In this document: positions 1-13,489 of the stretch, piece by piece | Numbering within the stretch: position 1 is the first letter of the stretch | Layout of the letters: every line of letters starts with the position of its first letter | Made by a program: the position numbers and the translations under genes | Assembly (NCBI GenBank): GCA_950097015.1 | Contig: CATNEN010000034.1 | Coordinates: forward strand, 1,054,001-1,118,000 | Direction of reading: 5' to 3' | Source of the DNA: Macrostomum hystrix | Taxonomy: Eukaryota > Animalia > Platyhelminthes | DNA: 64,000 bases | The notes under the pieces: generated by a model | Database searches by the model: none | Told to the model about the DNA's origin: nothing | Seen by the model: the letters and a program-made list of their open reading frames with translations, nothing else

Positions 1-1248
1 AGGTTCCTGGGTCATTGTACATGCAGTAGGTCACTGTTGACCTAGGTTCCTGGGTCATTGTACATGCAGTAGGTCACTGTTGACCTAGGTTCCTGGGTCA
101 TTGTACATGCAGTAGGTCACTGTTGACCTAGGTTCCTGGATCATAGTACATGCAGTAGGTCACTGTTGACCTAGGTTCCTGGGTCATTGTACATGCAGTA
201 GGTCACTGTTGACCTAGGTTCCTGGGTCATTGTACATGCAGTAGGTCACTGTTGACCTACGTTCTTGGGACATAGTACATGCTGTAGGTCACTGTTGACC
301 TAGGTTCTTGGGACATAGTACATGCAGTAGGTCACTGTTGACCTAGGTTCCTGGGTCATAGTACATGCAGTAGGTCACTGTTGACCTAGGTTCCTGGGTC
401 ATAGTACATGCAGTAGGTCACTGTTGACCTAGGTTCCTGGGTCATTGTACATGCAGTAGGTCACTGTTGACCTAGGTTCCTGGGTCATTGTACATGCAGT
501 AGGTCACTGTTGACCTAGGTTCCTGGGTCATTGTACATGCAGTAGGTCACTGTTGACCTAGGTTCCTGGATCATAGTACATGCAGTAGGTCACTGTTGAC
601 CTAGGTTCCTGGGTCATTGTACATGCAGTAGGTCACTGTTGACCTAGGTTCCTGGGTCATTGTACATGCAGTAGGTCACTGTTGACCTAGGTTCCTGGGT
701 CATAGTACATGCAGTAGGTCACTGTTGACCTAGGTTCCTGGGTCATTGTACATGCAGTAGGTCACTATTGACCTAGGTTCCTGGGTCATTGTACATGCAG
801 TAGGTCACTGTTGACCTAGGTTCCTGGGTCATTGTACATGCAGTAGGTCACTATTGACCTAGGTTCCTGGGTCATAGTACATGCAGTAGGTCACTGTTGA
901 CCTACGTTCTTGGGACATAGTACATGCTGTAGGTCACTGTTGACCTAGGTTCTTGGATCATAGTACATGCAGTAGGTCACTGTTGACCTAGGTTCCTGGA
1001 TCATTGTACATGCAGTAGGACGTAGGTCACTGTTGACCTAGGTTCCTGGGTCATTGTACATGCAGTAGGTCACTGTTGACCTAGGTTCCTGGGTCATAGT
1101 ACATGCAGTAGGTCACTGTTGACCTAGGTTCCTGGGTCATTGTACATGCAGTAGGTCACTGTTGACCTAGGTTCCTGGGTCATTGTACATGCAGTAGGTC
1201 ACTGTTGACCTAGGTTCCTGGGTCATTGTACATGCAGTAGGTCACTGT
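1..1248. repeat. 43-bp tandem array (~29 copies, runs off the left edge)
   Basis: Unit AGGTTCCTGGGTCATTGTACATGCAGTAGGTCACTGTTGACCT repeats with a 43-nt period and few variants; one 7-nt insertion near 1018. Confidence 0.98.
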
Positions 1249-2723
1249 TAGTACATGAACAGACCATTAGCAAGCGCAAAATCTTAAAGTTGCAGCATCC
1301 GCCTTGTGTCAGTATTTCATAAATGGCTGCAAACCATGATTAAAGGCAGATTTTAACAGAATATGGAACTTGCTATTTAATTTTTAGCAAGCAGAAAAGC
1401 AACTTAGAAAGTAAGTAAGTGAATAAAGTGTTAAGGGATTGTTGATCTTTTACTTTTAAAAAGTACCAAAACCAGAAACCGAATCAATGTGTACTCCAGT
1501 ACCGGGCTGACTACTATGCTCACCTGACAGAACTCAAAACTGAATATCCAGGAGGGGAGGGAAGGAGGGCGAACCGGCGACGATGAGCTCTGGGCTTGGG
1601 GGGCAAATTTGTCCAAAATCAGCTAATATTTGTCTCCATTATCTTTCCCTCCTGCCTATTTGCCCACGGAACAGGTGCGCTGGCAAGAAGCGATAAGGGA
1701 GGAGAGATGAGGCAAGAAATGAGGTCCGCAGCTGCTCAGCTGGTGACACCTCTGTAAGCTGTCACGTGCAGCAGTTGTTGAGGCGAGGCCGCCATAACTA
1801 ATGTTTCAGTTTTCCTTATGAGCTCGGATCTTGAAGTGCGAGCATGATTTTACAGTTATCGCAACTGATTACGACAGGAAAAAGCTGAACGAAATTTCTT
1901 TTGTTTTAATTCTGTAGCCATAGAAACAGATGCTTCACCGGCCTACTAAGCAGTAAAAAATTGGTATGTAGGTCACCAAGTTTTACTACTCATATGTATT
2001 CGATATAATCGTGTATCTATGAATTATTCATCTCATGGCAGCCAAGGTGCCATGGGACAGTTAAGAAATAGAATAGGAGAGAGATGCAAGATAGATGCGG
2101 CACGGGACAGTTCAATTACATAAGGGGTGAACTACGGGGGAGATGAGTATGATAATAAATGAGACGATAATAAATGAGAGAGATGAGCCGAAAAAGGATA
2201 TTGTAATCATGAAATAAATCTTTTGAATAATGAATAATTATGCGAGCTTGTGTAAGTAAAAAGGGTTTGCTATAAAGTCGGTCGTCCTATAGTTTCCGAA
2301 TCGATAATGACCTTAAAGACATCGATCACAATGACCGGGGAGCCCAACAGAACCTTGCTTCGCTTCCACTATGCGCTCGTAAAACGGCTCCATGACGCAG
2401 TTTATGTCTGAATTAAGTTCCAAGCCGCAGCCAAGGAGCAGACGGCAATAAATCATGAAAGCCGGCAGCCGACCGCGCCATCTACTCAGTTTCAGAGTGC
2501 GACTTAATTAACGACTGGGCGCTGGGCTCTTTGCGAATGGGATTATTTTATCGTGCTAATAACTATAGAGCAAAGACGGAAAGAGAATTCGCGGTTGCTA
2601 GGCAGGCCTTGATGACAATCCTTACCACGGTTTCAGCATCCGGGGCCGATAGGAGTTTGCACTTAGTGAGCGGATTCGAGTTGCCACCAGCTTTTTATCC
2701 TGACTTGTTTTTTAAATCATCCC

Positions 2724-2826
2724 TGCCTGCGTACGGTATCTGTGTGCTTGTGCGCTCAGGAGTCAGCGAAATGGGCGGAATTGCCTCCTCGCTGGCTGCG
2801 GGTCTACTGTCACCAAATAATGTGCC
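2724..2826 (+). mobile_element. tRNA-derived SINE, 3' fragment (copy 1)
   Basis: GCTCAGGAGTCAGCGAAATGGGCGGAATTGCCTCCTCGCTGGCTGCGGGTCTACTGTCACCAAAT closely matches the 3' half of the copies at 28823-29187 and 49541-49872. Confidence 0.8.
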
Positions 2827-3293
2827 TTTTATTCCTCTTGCAAATATAGTTATTTTTCTCCACCAATGTTGCATCTAAGTGTACCTGTACGGAGTCTATC
2901 ACGGCAAATTAAATTTGGCAACATGACATCAGCGCTGTCAGATCCATCGATAAGACACTTTGACATGATTGACAGCTTGCGTGTTAGACTGTCATGTCCC
3001 CAGCGAGCAGCAGTTTCAGCCGCAATGCGAAAAAGTCCAAGTTTTCGTCGATACCAAATTAGCTCAGTCGGTTTGTTTGGGAATGGCTGTAGTGGTGCCG
3101 GTGGCACTGTATCCTTGCGACTGGCATTTCGCCCTTGTAAAAATAAGCAAACAGACAGTGCTACATTGTGTAACCCTGCTGTATGGGCCCGCACTGCGAG
3201 GCAACACCTTTGGCTCGATCATTCAGGATCAGTTCAAATCAAATAAACTGTTGCATTCTTGAATGAACATCAAAGAAAAAAGTTCTGTGGATT

Positions 3294-3580
3294 TTGTCAC
3301 AGAATCCAGTGGAATTTGAATCCCAGCTGTCACAGAATCCAGTGGAATTTGAATCCCAGCTGTCACAGAATCCAGTGGACTTTGAATCCCAGCTGTCACA
3401 GAATCCAGTGGACTTTGAATCCCAGCTATCACAGAATCCAGTGGACTTTGAATCCCAGCTGTCACAGAATCCAGTGGACTTTGAATCCCAGCTGTCACAG
3501 AATCCAGTGGACTTTGAATCCCAGCTGTCACAGAATCCAGTGGAATTTGAATCCCAGCTGTCACAGAATCCAGTGGACTT
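3294..3580. repeat. 33-bp tandem array (~9 copies)
   Basis: Unit TGTCACAGAATCCAGTGGACTTTGAATCCCAGC; explains the three overlapping repetitive ORFs. Confidence 0.97.
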
Positions 3581-4679
3581 AGATAGGCAGTGGATTAACT
3601 GTACAATGAACTGAACAACATTTTTATTACAAATTGATGTTTTGGGTCATAAATTCTACTTTATGACCTTTAATTTACATTAATCTACTTTATGCTTTTA
3701 TCTGCATCTGATAATAGATAAAAATTGGGAATCAGAGTTTAAATGGTCCCCGTGAATGCACTTGATATTACTTGGTATTTTTTTCAAGTACACTTAGACT
3801 GAAAGTGTATTTCATTCTCTTTTTCTACTTCTAGACTTTGAACCTGCTTGCTTCTTGAATTGCCCAGTCTTTTCAGCCGTGACTCGCTATTTTTGCAGAC
3901 AGTATAGGCGCTATTTTACTATTTGGAAAAGTCGGCCAGTAGCTCGTACTTCACCAACACACTTATATTTACCGGCCTCAAGCCGCCAGTGAGTTTCTTT
4001 TTATTTCGTTTCTCGCACAGCCTCCGCCTTGTTTCAGCGGCAGGTCGTTGATTTTACACAGTTCGCCGGAGAAACCGGACGGCAAATTCCCCCTTAGATT
4101 TGGACCCGGCTTTCGCTTGGCTGGAGCCCAAATTTAAGCATCTAAAATTCCCATCGGACAGTGGCAAATCCAATTACGACTTCCTTTTCCGTTTTTATCC
4201 GCGCTGCTTGAGCAGCGGTTGCTGGTGAACCTGGTCTTCTCCTCGGCTTGCCCTATCGGATGGCCTATACTTATCCACGCCTCCTCCCCCCTCTCTGTTG
4301 CTCCACTCCCAGCACGCTTCGACCCTCGAGTTTCAATCTCATTAGAAGAGGCCGCTGTATCCCTCTGTGTCTGTGAAACTTCACAGATATTTGCGTTTTT
4401 TTGGTTGGCCACACTTTTCTGCATCTAAACGAACCTATCTCTGTGTTTGTGAGTCTCGCCTCCATTTTCTATTGTGACTGCGTTTATCTTTCCTTGCTTA
4501 TTTGCATTTTATCTGCTTTCAAACTGAAGTGTACTTTGAGACAGTTTAACATCCGTCTTGTCTATTTAAACAGTGTAAAGCTTGTAAAGCGATAATATTA
4601 GTGAAGAGAAAATATTCCAGTGTCCTACCTTTCCTTCTTCTTTTGCCTGTTTTTCCCCTCCAACTGCAGTATTTGCAGT

Positions 4680-5225
4680 CTCTTCCTCCCGGTCTCCTCC
4701 TACCAGTCTCCTCCTCCCAGTCTCCTCCTCCCAGTCTCCTCCTCCCAGTCTCTTCCTTCCAGTCTCCTCCTTCCAGTCTCCTCCTCCCAGTCTCCTCCTC
4801 CCAGTCTCCTCCTACCAGTCTCCTCCTCCCAGTCTCCTCCTCCCAGTCTCCTCCTTCCAGTCTCCTCCTACCAGTCTCCTCCTCCCAGTCTCCTCCTACC
4901 AGTCTCCTCCTCCCAGTCTCCTCCTCCCAGTCTCCTCCTTCCAGTCTCCTCCTCCCAGTCTCCTCCTCCCAGTCTCCTCCTCCCAGTCTCCTTCTCCAAG
5001 TCTCCTCCTCCCAGTCTCCTCCTCCCAGTCTCCTCTTCCCAGTCTCCTTCTCCAAGTCTCCTCCTCCCAGTCTCCTCCTCCCAGTCTCCTCCTCCCAGTC
5101 TCCTCCTCCCAGTCTCCTCCTCCCAGTCTCCTCCTCCCAGTCTCCTCCTCCAAGTCTCCTCCTCCCAGTCTGCTTCTCCCAGTCTCCTTACCCTCCAACT
5201 GCAGCCGGTGCAGTCTCCTTCTCCA
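4680..5225. repeat. 14-bp pyrimidine-rich minisatellite
   Basis: Unit CCAGTCTCCTCCTC with point variants; both flanks carry CTCCAACTGCAG...GCAGTCTC. Confidence 0.95.
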
Positions 5226-5944
5226 GTCCTCTTACACAGTTTGCTCAGAAAGAAAGAAAAAACCGATCCGCAACAAGCCGTTCCCTTTTAGTTGCTCAAT
5301 CTCTCTGTCCTTTCTGAGGCGCAAAAGGATTTCTGTGTCAAGTTTTTTAAAGCAAAGAAAGCCTCGGTTCGCAGCTCAGGACAGAAGCTATTCCCACTGC
5401 GGCGAAGATGTTAGGCAAGGCGAAGTAACCTGATCTGCTCCGCTACCTGGCATGCACAATGCTCTCTCAACTGAGTTCAGCTCGGATTCAATATCAGTCT
5501 CTTGTGCCGCACTGTGCTCTAATTGGACTCAAAGTGCAAGCCTTCGCTCTACATGCAATATACTATGATGGCATATGCCTTCAGCTCTAGAGTAGACGTC
5601 ATCAAGATTTTTTGGTAAACAAGTTGAAGAGAGCCACCTTCGTGCTTCTGCAGTTTACAGTACGAGCGACTTCGATTTCAGAACAATGTCACCTCATCTA
5701 GACTGGGAGTTAATTAATATAAGCCATGATGCATTGGGTCTTGCATATTGCTGGTCTCAAGTTTTAACATTTTCGTTATATTTTTAGCCAACTTGAGCAC
5801 TGCTGACAGTTCTTGTCACCGTTCAGTAAAACGAGATATTTGTCGATTGATTCCTTGAGGTCTGCATTATCCTGACGGTGTTTTGTCTGTTCTAAATCCT
5901 TACTAATTGAGTAGCGTGTTGATGTGTTGTCTTCAATGCGTCAA

Positions 5945-6612
5945 TGAAGGATTGGAAGGCTGGGTGAAGGATTGAAAGGCTTGATGAAGGATTGGAAGGC
6001 TGGGTGAAGGATTGAAAGGCTTGATGACGAGTTGGAAGGCTGGATGACGAGTTGGAAGGCTGGATAAAGGGTTGGAAGGCTGGGTGAAGGATTGAAAGGC
6101 TTGATGACGAGTTGGAAGGCTGGATAAAGGGTTGGAAGGCTGGATGAAGGCTGGATGAAGACAGGATGAAGGGTTGGAAGGCTGGATGAAGGCTGGATGA
6201 AGACTGGATGAAGGCTGGATGAAGACAGGATGAAGGGTTGGAAGGCTGGATGAAGGCTGGATGAAGGCTGGATGAAGACAGGATGAAGGGTTGGAAGGCT
6301 GGATGAAGGCTGGATGAAGGCTGGATGAAGGGTATGAAGGCTGGATGAAGACTGGATGAAGGCTGGATGAAAACTGGATGAAGGCTGGATGAAAACATGA
6401 TGAAGGGTTTGAAGGCTGGATGAAGACTGGATGAAGGCTGGATGAAGACAGGATGAAGGGTTTGAAGGCTGGATGAAGACTGGATGAAGGCTGGATGAAG
6501 GCTGGATGAAGGCTGGATGAAGGCTGGATGAAGGCTGGATGAAGACTGGATGAAGGCTGGATAAAGGGTTGGAAGGCTGGATGAAGGCTGGATGAAGGCT
6601 GGATGAAGGCTG
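5945..6612. repeat. 11-bp-core purine-rich minisatellite
   Basis: GGATGAAGGCT core with GGTTGGAAGGCT and GAAGACT variants. Confidence 0.95.
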
Positions 6613-8384
6613 TGTGAAAGCAGTTGCTCAACTGCGGTAGGCAAGGAGTGTGGAGGAAAACGGTGACAGGATTGCAATGGCGTCTGCATTAACTGCAAGA
6701 ACTTGAAAGTTGCATTTTTGGTCTATTTGGTGCATTCTCAATAATGGCCTTTTCATGCTCAGAGATTGCTGCCATAGCACCCCTGAGCTATCTCAATTCG
6801 CATGATTGTGTGCGCACGGACATAGGCCGAAGATTGCGGTGAGAGTGATGGCAACTGATTTCGATGAGGCTCGGATGAGACTTGGGCTTAAAAATGGGGT
6901 CTTCGGTTTCGATTCTGCTAAAAAAATCTTCGGGAAATTCTCCCATCCCCCTTGCCTCTCTGGCCCCCAGCTAGGCCGATAATCTGTGAGCGATGCCCCC
7001 TCCAAATCTCTAAGCTGTGCTGGGGGGTCGGCCACCGCAGCTCAGGATCGGGTCTGGCCTAATAATAGCCACAAGGCTGATCTGCTCAAGGCCCGCTTCT
7101 CTGCCATGGATTTGAGCATTAAGCCGGGATTGGGAAATCGCCTTTCCTGCGTGTGTGTTTGTGTGAGTGTGTTTGGGCATTCCTTCGCCATCTATTTGAA
7201 GGATTTCGCAGGTAAAAAAGGGTTCTCATACGCATATAAATATAGTGTGCTCAAACCGGATAGCCGTGGGACTGCGTCATCATCCCCCATGCATCCTCTC
7301 TACCTCACCTTTGTGCTCAAACTTTTCTATCGGAACTTTTTTCTCCTCTACTTTTTAAAAGACATTTTCACCTGCTCGCGTTTGAAAGAAAATGAAAACC
7401 GCCAACCTTGCCGAGTTCCGAGCCGAATTACTTGATTCTTTGACATTACAAGCTTGAGAACACGGAGTCGATACTGACCTCTCGATGGGATTATCTTGGC
7501 AATTAGCCGAGTCAATGGAAGCTTTTTATGCTTCAAAAATGAGAATTGAACGCGCCTTTGTGACTTTCGTGTCAGCTATTCACCGCTTCTTTCGATTAGT
7601 TATTTTAGCCGGTTATTTTAAATTTGTAGAACTCTCCAGGACTTATTGGCAACTTTTAAATAATTTAAAGAACCGGCCGGCGTCTTTCGATTTCTTAGAA
7701 GCACGACTTTTTATAATCGTTATTTCTAAGAACTCTTGTTTCCTAGAAACTTTTTTAAATCTGTAGTTCTAAGAATTCGTATTTCTTAGATGCATGGTTT
7801 ATAACATTGCGATTTCAAATAATAAATTAAGATTCAATAAAGAAACTATTTAAACAACTGGGATTTCTGAGAATCGGACTTTTAAAGATCCGGAATTTCA
7901 AGGAATAAATGTTTTTAATAAACGAGATAAAAAACCTGATCTTAAATAATATGGATTTAAAAAAATTAGACTTCAAAGAATAGGGATTTCAAAGAATCGT
8001 GATTTCAAAGAACAATGGTTTCGAAGAATCGGGTTCATAATCAATCCCCACTATGATACGAACTATCGAGTTATTATAGACCCGGGACACAGAAGTACAA
8101 AAAAACATGAGCAAAGCTTATGCTGTGAAATGCTCATTTGTAATGAGTATTGTATGAAATTTCTCCTATTTAAATCTTCACGATTTCAGTCTAATGCTCT
8201 GGTCAAAACTCTAAGTTCCGCTAGAGGCACCGCCTGATGATGAATAACAATAACACTGGAGTGAGGGAGCCGAAGGCTAGCGAGAACCTCGGACCAATGG
8301 GACTGCCTTTTGCTATTCATTTTACTCCTTACCATTTGCACTTTCAATGAAAATGCGAGACGCAATAATTGTCGTTTGCAACGG

Positions 8385-9410
8385 GTTCGGGATGCGGTTG
8401 CTATGGGTCTGGGATGCGGTTGCTATGGGTCTGGGATGCGGTTGCTATGGGTCTGGGATGCGGTTGCTATGGGTTTCGGATGCGGTTGCTATGGGTTCGG
8501 GATGCGGTTGCTATTGGTCTGGGATGCGTTTGCTATGGGTCTGGGATCCGGTTGCTATGGGTCTGGGATGCGTTTGCTAATGGGTCTGGGATGCGGTTGC
8601 TATGGGTCTGGGATGCGCTTGCTATGGGTCTGGGATGCGTTTGCTAATGGGTCTGGGATGCGTTTGCTATGGGTCTTCGATGCGGTTGCTATGGGTATGG
8701 GATGCGTTTGCTATGGGTCTGGGATGCGGTTGCTATGTGTCTGGGATGCGGTTTCTATGGGTATCGGATGCGGTTGCTATGTGTCTGGGATGCGTTTGCT
8801 ATGGGTCTGGGATGCGTTTGCTAATGGGTATCGGATGCGGTTGCTATGTGTCTGGGATGCGTTTGCTATGGGTCTGGGATGCGGTTGCTATGGGTCTGGG
8901 ATGCGTTTGCTATGGGTCTGGGATGCGGTTGCTATGGGTCTGGGATGCGTTTGCTATGGGTCTGGGATGCGGTTGCTATGTGTCTGGGAAGCGGTTGCTA
9001 TGGGTCTGGGATGCGGTTGCTATGGGTCTGGGATGCGGTTGCTATGGGTCTGGGATGCGTTTGCTATGGGTCTGGGATGCGTTTGCTATGGGTCTGGGAT
9101 GCGGTTGCTATGGGTCTGGGATGCGTTTGCTATGGGTCTGGGATGCGGTTGCTATGTGTCTGGGATGCGGTTGCTATGGGTCTGGGATGCGGTTGCTATG
9201 GGTCTGGGATGCGTTTGCTATGGGTCTGGGATGCGTTTGCTATGGGTCTGGGATGCGTTTGCCATGTGTCTGGGATGCGGTTTCTATGGGTTTCGGATGC
9301 GGTTGCTATGGGTTTGGGATGCGGTTGCTATGGGTTTGGGATGCGGTTGCTATGGGTTTGGGATGCGGTTGCTATGGGTTTGGGATGCGGTTGCTATGGG
9401 TCTTGGGTAT
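8385..9410. repeat. 22-bp tandem array (~46 copies)
   Basis: Unit TGGGTCTGGGATGCGGTTGCTA. Confidence 0.97.
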
Positions 9411-10382
9411 CGCTAAATGCAAAAAAATCGGTATTTAATCAGTTGTTTTAAAGAGCGGGCATTCAGTAGAAGGGAATAGGCCATCTTGGATCACTATTTT
9501 TAGCCGCTGTAAAATCAGCTGGGCCCATTGCAGGGTTCAAGGCAGGTCCTGTATGTGTGTGCCTTATTTCTTGTCCAGACATGGACAACCGGCCAGATGT
9601 TAAACCAATGGATTGTCTATTGATTTTCCACTTCTTTTAGCATTAAAACTCTCCCAATGGTCTTGGATCCCTAACAGCATTTTCTACTTCGATTTCCCCC
9701 TGCATCAAATCGGCCATCCGCAATAAGTGGTACGGGAACTTTCCAGGAATACGAAATGCGGATAGCATTTCAACCTAGCCTTTTTAGCTACTTTTTCGGC
9801 TTTTGCGAGCAAAAACATTTAGGTGATAGAAAAAATCTAATCAAGCGAGGCTATGAAGCAAATTTATTTTTCATCGACAACTATTAAAAATGTAAAATAG
9901 ATGCAGCCACTGTGTACGACGGTGCAGACTCTGCAATCAATGATTAGAGAAAAATTGAGCCATGAAAAAGAATAATAAACACGTAGAAGACTTCTAAAAC
10001 GATTTTATTCTTAGTATATTCGAGTATAAATTATCTAGCTAATCGCTTATCGACTATGCGTTAGACAAACGACAAGTTCTTCAATAGTCAAGATTTATGG
10101 CATCTCTAGGTTGGATTTCTTGTGTTTTTTTATTTCTAGTGAATAGTAAGCTGGGTAGGTTTATAATCGTTAGACTTGGCGATCCCGTTGCTTCAACTGG
10201 CAACTAGCAACTCAGCGAAACCAGGAAACTAATGCCCTAACTATGAATTACCAAATTAATACACATTGTTGATGAGCTCGGTGAAAATGACCAAATATGA
10301 CAGTTAAAACAAAAAAAGCAACGAGAGACCTTAATGGACGATTGGAATAGACATAGATAGACTGTTATTATGAAGGCTTGAA

Positions 10383-10488
10383 AATATTAATCGCAGTAGG
10401 GCTGTCGGAACTGGCACATCATTTGGTGACACTAGACCCGCTGCCAGCGAGGAGGCAATTCTGCCCATTCCGCTGACTCCTGAGCACA
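10383..10488 (-). mobile_element. tRNA-derived SINE, 3' tail fragment (copy 2)
   Basis: GGCACATCATTTGGTGACACTAGACCCGCTGCCAGCGAGGAGGCAATTCTGCCCATTCCGCTGACTCCTGAGCACAC is the reverse complement of the SINE 3' end. Confidence 0.8.
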
Positions 10489-11710
10489 CCCTTGATGTGA
10501 GAGTAACCGCTCCTCAACTCACCCACCCCCTGATAATGGGGCCCACTTTGAGACTTTGCAATATTCAGACAGGGACAGAAGGAAGATTTCATCAATGCTT
10601 GCTTTGATTAACAGTAGGACTACCAAGCCATTTTGCCGCCCGTTTTTATACCAAGCCCCCCCGCTGAAAATGTTTTGCCAGCGCCGGAATGCTTTGGGGG
10701 TGACTGATTGGTTGACAGACTAGTCGAGGGTGTCCTGTGGTTGAGCTGCGCCTAATAGTTAGGCTTGAACAGTGAAATTGGAGAAATTCGCGTCAGGGTG
10801 TCCATAGTGGCCTAGTTCCACCTGTTGTAGCTCTTGAAGGTCTAGATAGATAAGAGAGATAGATCTAGATAAAGGTCGGTGACCGCCGAAGTCGGAGATG
10901 ATGCAAGCACATTCGGGTGACATGCTGATAAAGTTTGAAGGTCTGGAAAGGCCGCACTGAGGCGCAGTGCAAATTCGTGTATAGGGGTGTATGAAATACA
11001 CTAGCTCTTATGGGAAAAATCGGACCTTCGGCCAGAAACATTGAATATCTCGACGGTCTGAAGAGCTGGCGACTTGTTTCTTGTTTCAGAAGATGCGCAA
11101 CAAAAAGTTGGCCCGTGTTCTTGAGTTTCGTGTGCTTGCATTGTTCCGTTCGGGTGCAGCAAAAAAATTGTCCCCCCCTTGGTAGTTCTACTGTTAATCG
11201 TACAACGAGAACGCTAGTATAGGATGCATCGATGAATCCGCACATATAGATTAGTTCGGATGAAAAGCGATACATTTGCGGCCAATGATACGAAATGAAA
11301 GTTTAATTAGGTGCAACAACTAACAAAAAAAGAACTATTGAGAACGAAGAAAGCCTAATAAGTTAGATTAAATAAATTTTCGACAGCAGTTTTTACTTTG
11401 TTGAAATTTAAGCATTTTTAATACCCACCAATTAAGCTAAAGCCTATTTTAATGGAAAAAATCTTACTTTCATCTTCATTTCCTCCGAAGGAGGTGGTGT
11501 TTCACCCGATTCCTCACGAGGTCAATGTGTCCTCTCTGCTCCTATGGGTCTATGATTAGGCTCACTACTGTTTACTAGCAATCTATCAATGTTTCCTATG
11601 CAGCAATTGGGTCACTAAGATTCTGTTAAGTTCGAGAATTTCAGCCGTTAGCGACAGACGTGAATGACGTCCTGGTTACCCGCCCTCCCGCAATTTCGCC
11701 GCTGTGGCTG

Positions 11711-12904
11711 TCAGCTTGCAGCAGGAGAAGCCAGCAGGCCTCTTCGAGTCTCCTGCAGCTCCACGGCTGCGCCGGCAGCGCCAGCCGCTCTGCGCCCGGC
11801 TCCGGTTGTTTGTCGACGCCTCCAGACACGCCACGACGGCAGGCGGCCCAGCAGGGCCTTCAAATCGGCCATGAACAGCGAGGAGGTGAAGCTGAAGATG
11901 AAGAAGTGAATCAGGTGGTTAAGGCGCCCGAGGATCTGGCAGACAAGATCGATGCGGCTGCACATTAGCGAGTCGTAGCGGTCGAAGCAGCGGTCAGCGA
12001 AGGCGTGAAACCAGACCACAATGGGCGCCGTGAACAGCAGGTGGCTCACGGCCATGGCGAACACAGTGGCGAAGATTTTGTTCGACGCCTGACGCCCTCC
12101 GCCTCCTCCGCCGCCGCCGCCGCCGCCGTCAGCGCTGCCACCGCCACCACGGCTGCTCCGCGTGGTGGCTGCGGCTAGGCTGCGTCTCTGCCGTCCGAGT
12201 CTAACCAGGATGACGGCGTTGAGAGCCACAATTAGCGCAAACGGCAGGTAGCTGTACACGATGGAGTCCACAATGTTGAACACCGTGCGCAGTTTGCTGA
12301 ACTCCGGGCGCTCCCCGCAGGTCTCCGGCTCCACTATGAACAGCAGCGGCAGGTCGCACACGGCTAGCAGCAGAGCGGCTCCAATCAGCGCCGCGGCGCC
12401 GTTTCTCACCTGGCAGACCGACTTCATGCTGAATGGCCAGCAGACGCAAACTAGACGCTCGACGCACAGCAGGCAGATAATCCACACGGATGTATTGCTA
12501 AGCCAGGTGTAGAAGAATAGGGGCCAGCTGCAGTTTAGGAGTTTCCTGGGGTCCCGACAGGTGACGGTGATCACCAGGTGGCGCAAGCAGCCCTGCACCA
12601 GCACCAGTGTGTCAACCGCACACAGCACAGTCAGGAACAGGGCAGTGGAGCCGTGGGAACCCTTGATCCGCCTGTACCATAGCAGCATGGAGACCAGGTC
12701 GCCGGGCACTCCGACAAGCAGGAACAGCACGGAGTAGATGAGCAGCAGGTAGCGGGTGAGCGGGTCGTCGCCAGCCGCTTCAATGCTAACAAAGTAATTG
12801 CTGCTATCATTCAGCCAGCTGCAGTTGGGCAGGCCGCCTAGCAGTGACGATGACATGAGCGAGTCTGAGCTGCTACTATCAACTTGTGAGCAAGTGGCAC
12901 TCAT
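11711..12904 (-). CDS. Intronless rhodopsin-like (class A) GPCR, peptide-receptor type, ~397 aa
   Basis: Seven hydrophobic segments; TM1 GVPGD, TM2 LCAVDTLVL, TM3 LLCVERLVCVCWPF, TM5 YLPFALIVALN, TM6 LLFTAP, TM7 NHLIHFFIF; poly-Gly in ICL3. First ATG is at 12904 (the supplied ORF starts at a TTG), with a TTTCAG acceptor about 42 nt upstream. Confidence 0.9.
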   Translation of the reverse strand: MSATCSQVDSSSSDSLMSSSLLGGLPNCSWLNDSSNYFVSIEAAGDDPLTRYLLLIYSVLFLLVGVPGDLVSMLLWYRRIKGSHGSTALFLTVLCAVDTLVLVQGCLRHLVITVTCRDPRKLLNCSWPLFFYTWLSNTSVWIICLLCVERLVCVCWPFSMKSVCQVRNGAAALIGAALLLAVCDLPLLFIVEPETCGERPEFSKLRTVFNIVDSIVYSYLPFALIVALNAVILVRLGRQRRSLAAATTRSSRGGGGSADGGGGGGGGGGGRQASNKIFATVFAMAVSHLLFTAPIVVWFHAFADRCFDRYDSLMCSRIDLVCQILGRLNHLIHFFIFSFTSSLFMADLKALLGRLPSWRVWRRRQTTGAGRRAAGAAGAAVELQETRRGLLASPAAS

Positions 12905-13489
12905 CTGCCTTCTCTCTCCTTCAGGCTTCAGGCGTCGGGTCTGCTTCTGAAATGCTTTAATAATCCCTGCGAGCGCGCGGGATCGAGAGCTTCTGATTGG
13001 CTGGGTTCGGCTTTCAGCCACCCCCTGAAGATACGACCGCCAGATCCGAGGTTCCTTTCTTATGCTTTTCCTTTTCAAGTGATTTTCTGGCTCGCTTCCA
13101 GCCCCAGTGGGCTCGTTGGGCTGCAGTTCCTTGTCTGGTGCGGCCGGTCTGTTCCGGTCTAGTTCCCGGCCTCAGAAATGACAGCTCTCTGTAAGAACTC
13201 GTGCGCCCCCCCAGCCCTGCTTCATTTCCCAGCTCGCCTAGGCTGAGTGAATTGATGACCCTGTCTCCGGACCCATCCCCCATTCATAGTTTTCATTTTA
13301 TTTCTCAGGAGTTCAAATCAAATTTGACAAGTTCGTTTAGGTCCCATTCAACATTGCCTGTTAGCTGCATGGCCTTATCATTTTATTGGCGATCTGGCCA
13401 TGAGGAGACTTGGAACAGAAATTTATTATCTTGTCTAAACTGAAACCCCGAGTCTTCTTGGTTATTTGGGAGCTGGCTAAGACTTTCAA

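Noticed and set aside
1431-1616. Possible minus-strand exon ending at a CAG|GTGAGC donor (~1526)
   Set aside because: No recognisable homology or partner exon in the window.
2850-3262. Overlapping ~100-126-aa ORFs; PPAPLQP resembles a gypsy integrase linker
   Set aside because: No HHCC or DDE motifs and no convincing splice structure.
8310-9451. Cys/Gly-rich keratin-associated- or metallothionein-like ORFs
   Set aside because: A 22-bp unit (not a multiple of 3) cycles through frames, so this is a minisatellite artefact.
10759-11275. Short ORFs that might be transposase or integrase remnants
   Set aside because: No diagnostic motif could be identified by eye; a profile search would be needed.
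12905-13078. 58-aa N-terminal extension of the GPCR in the supplied ORF
   Set aside because: It starts at TTG, is basic and non-receptor-like, and contains a TTTCAG acceptor; ATG 12904 is the more plausible start.
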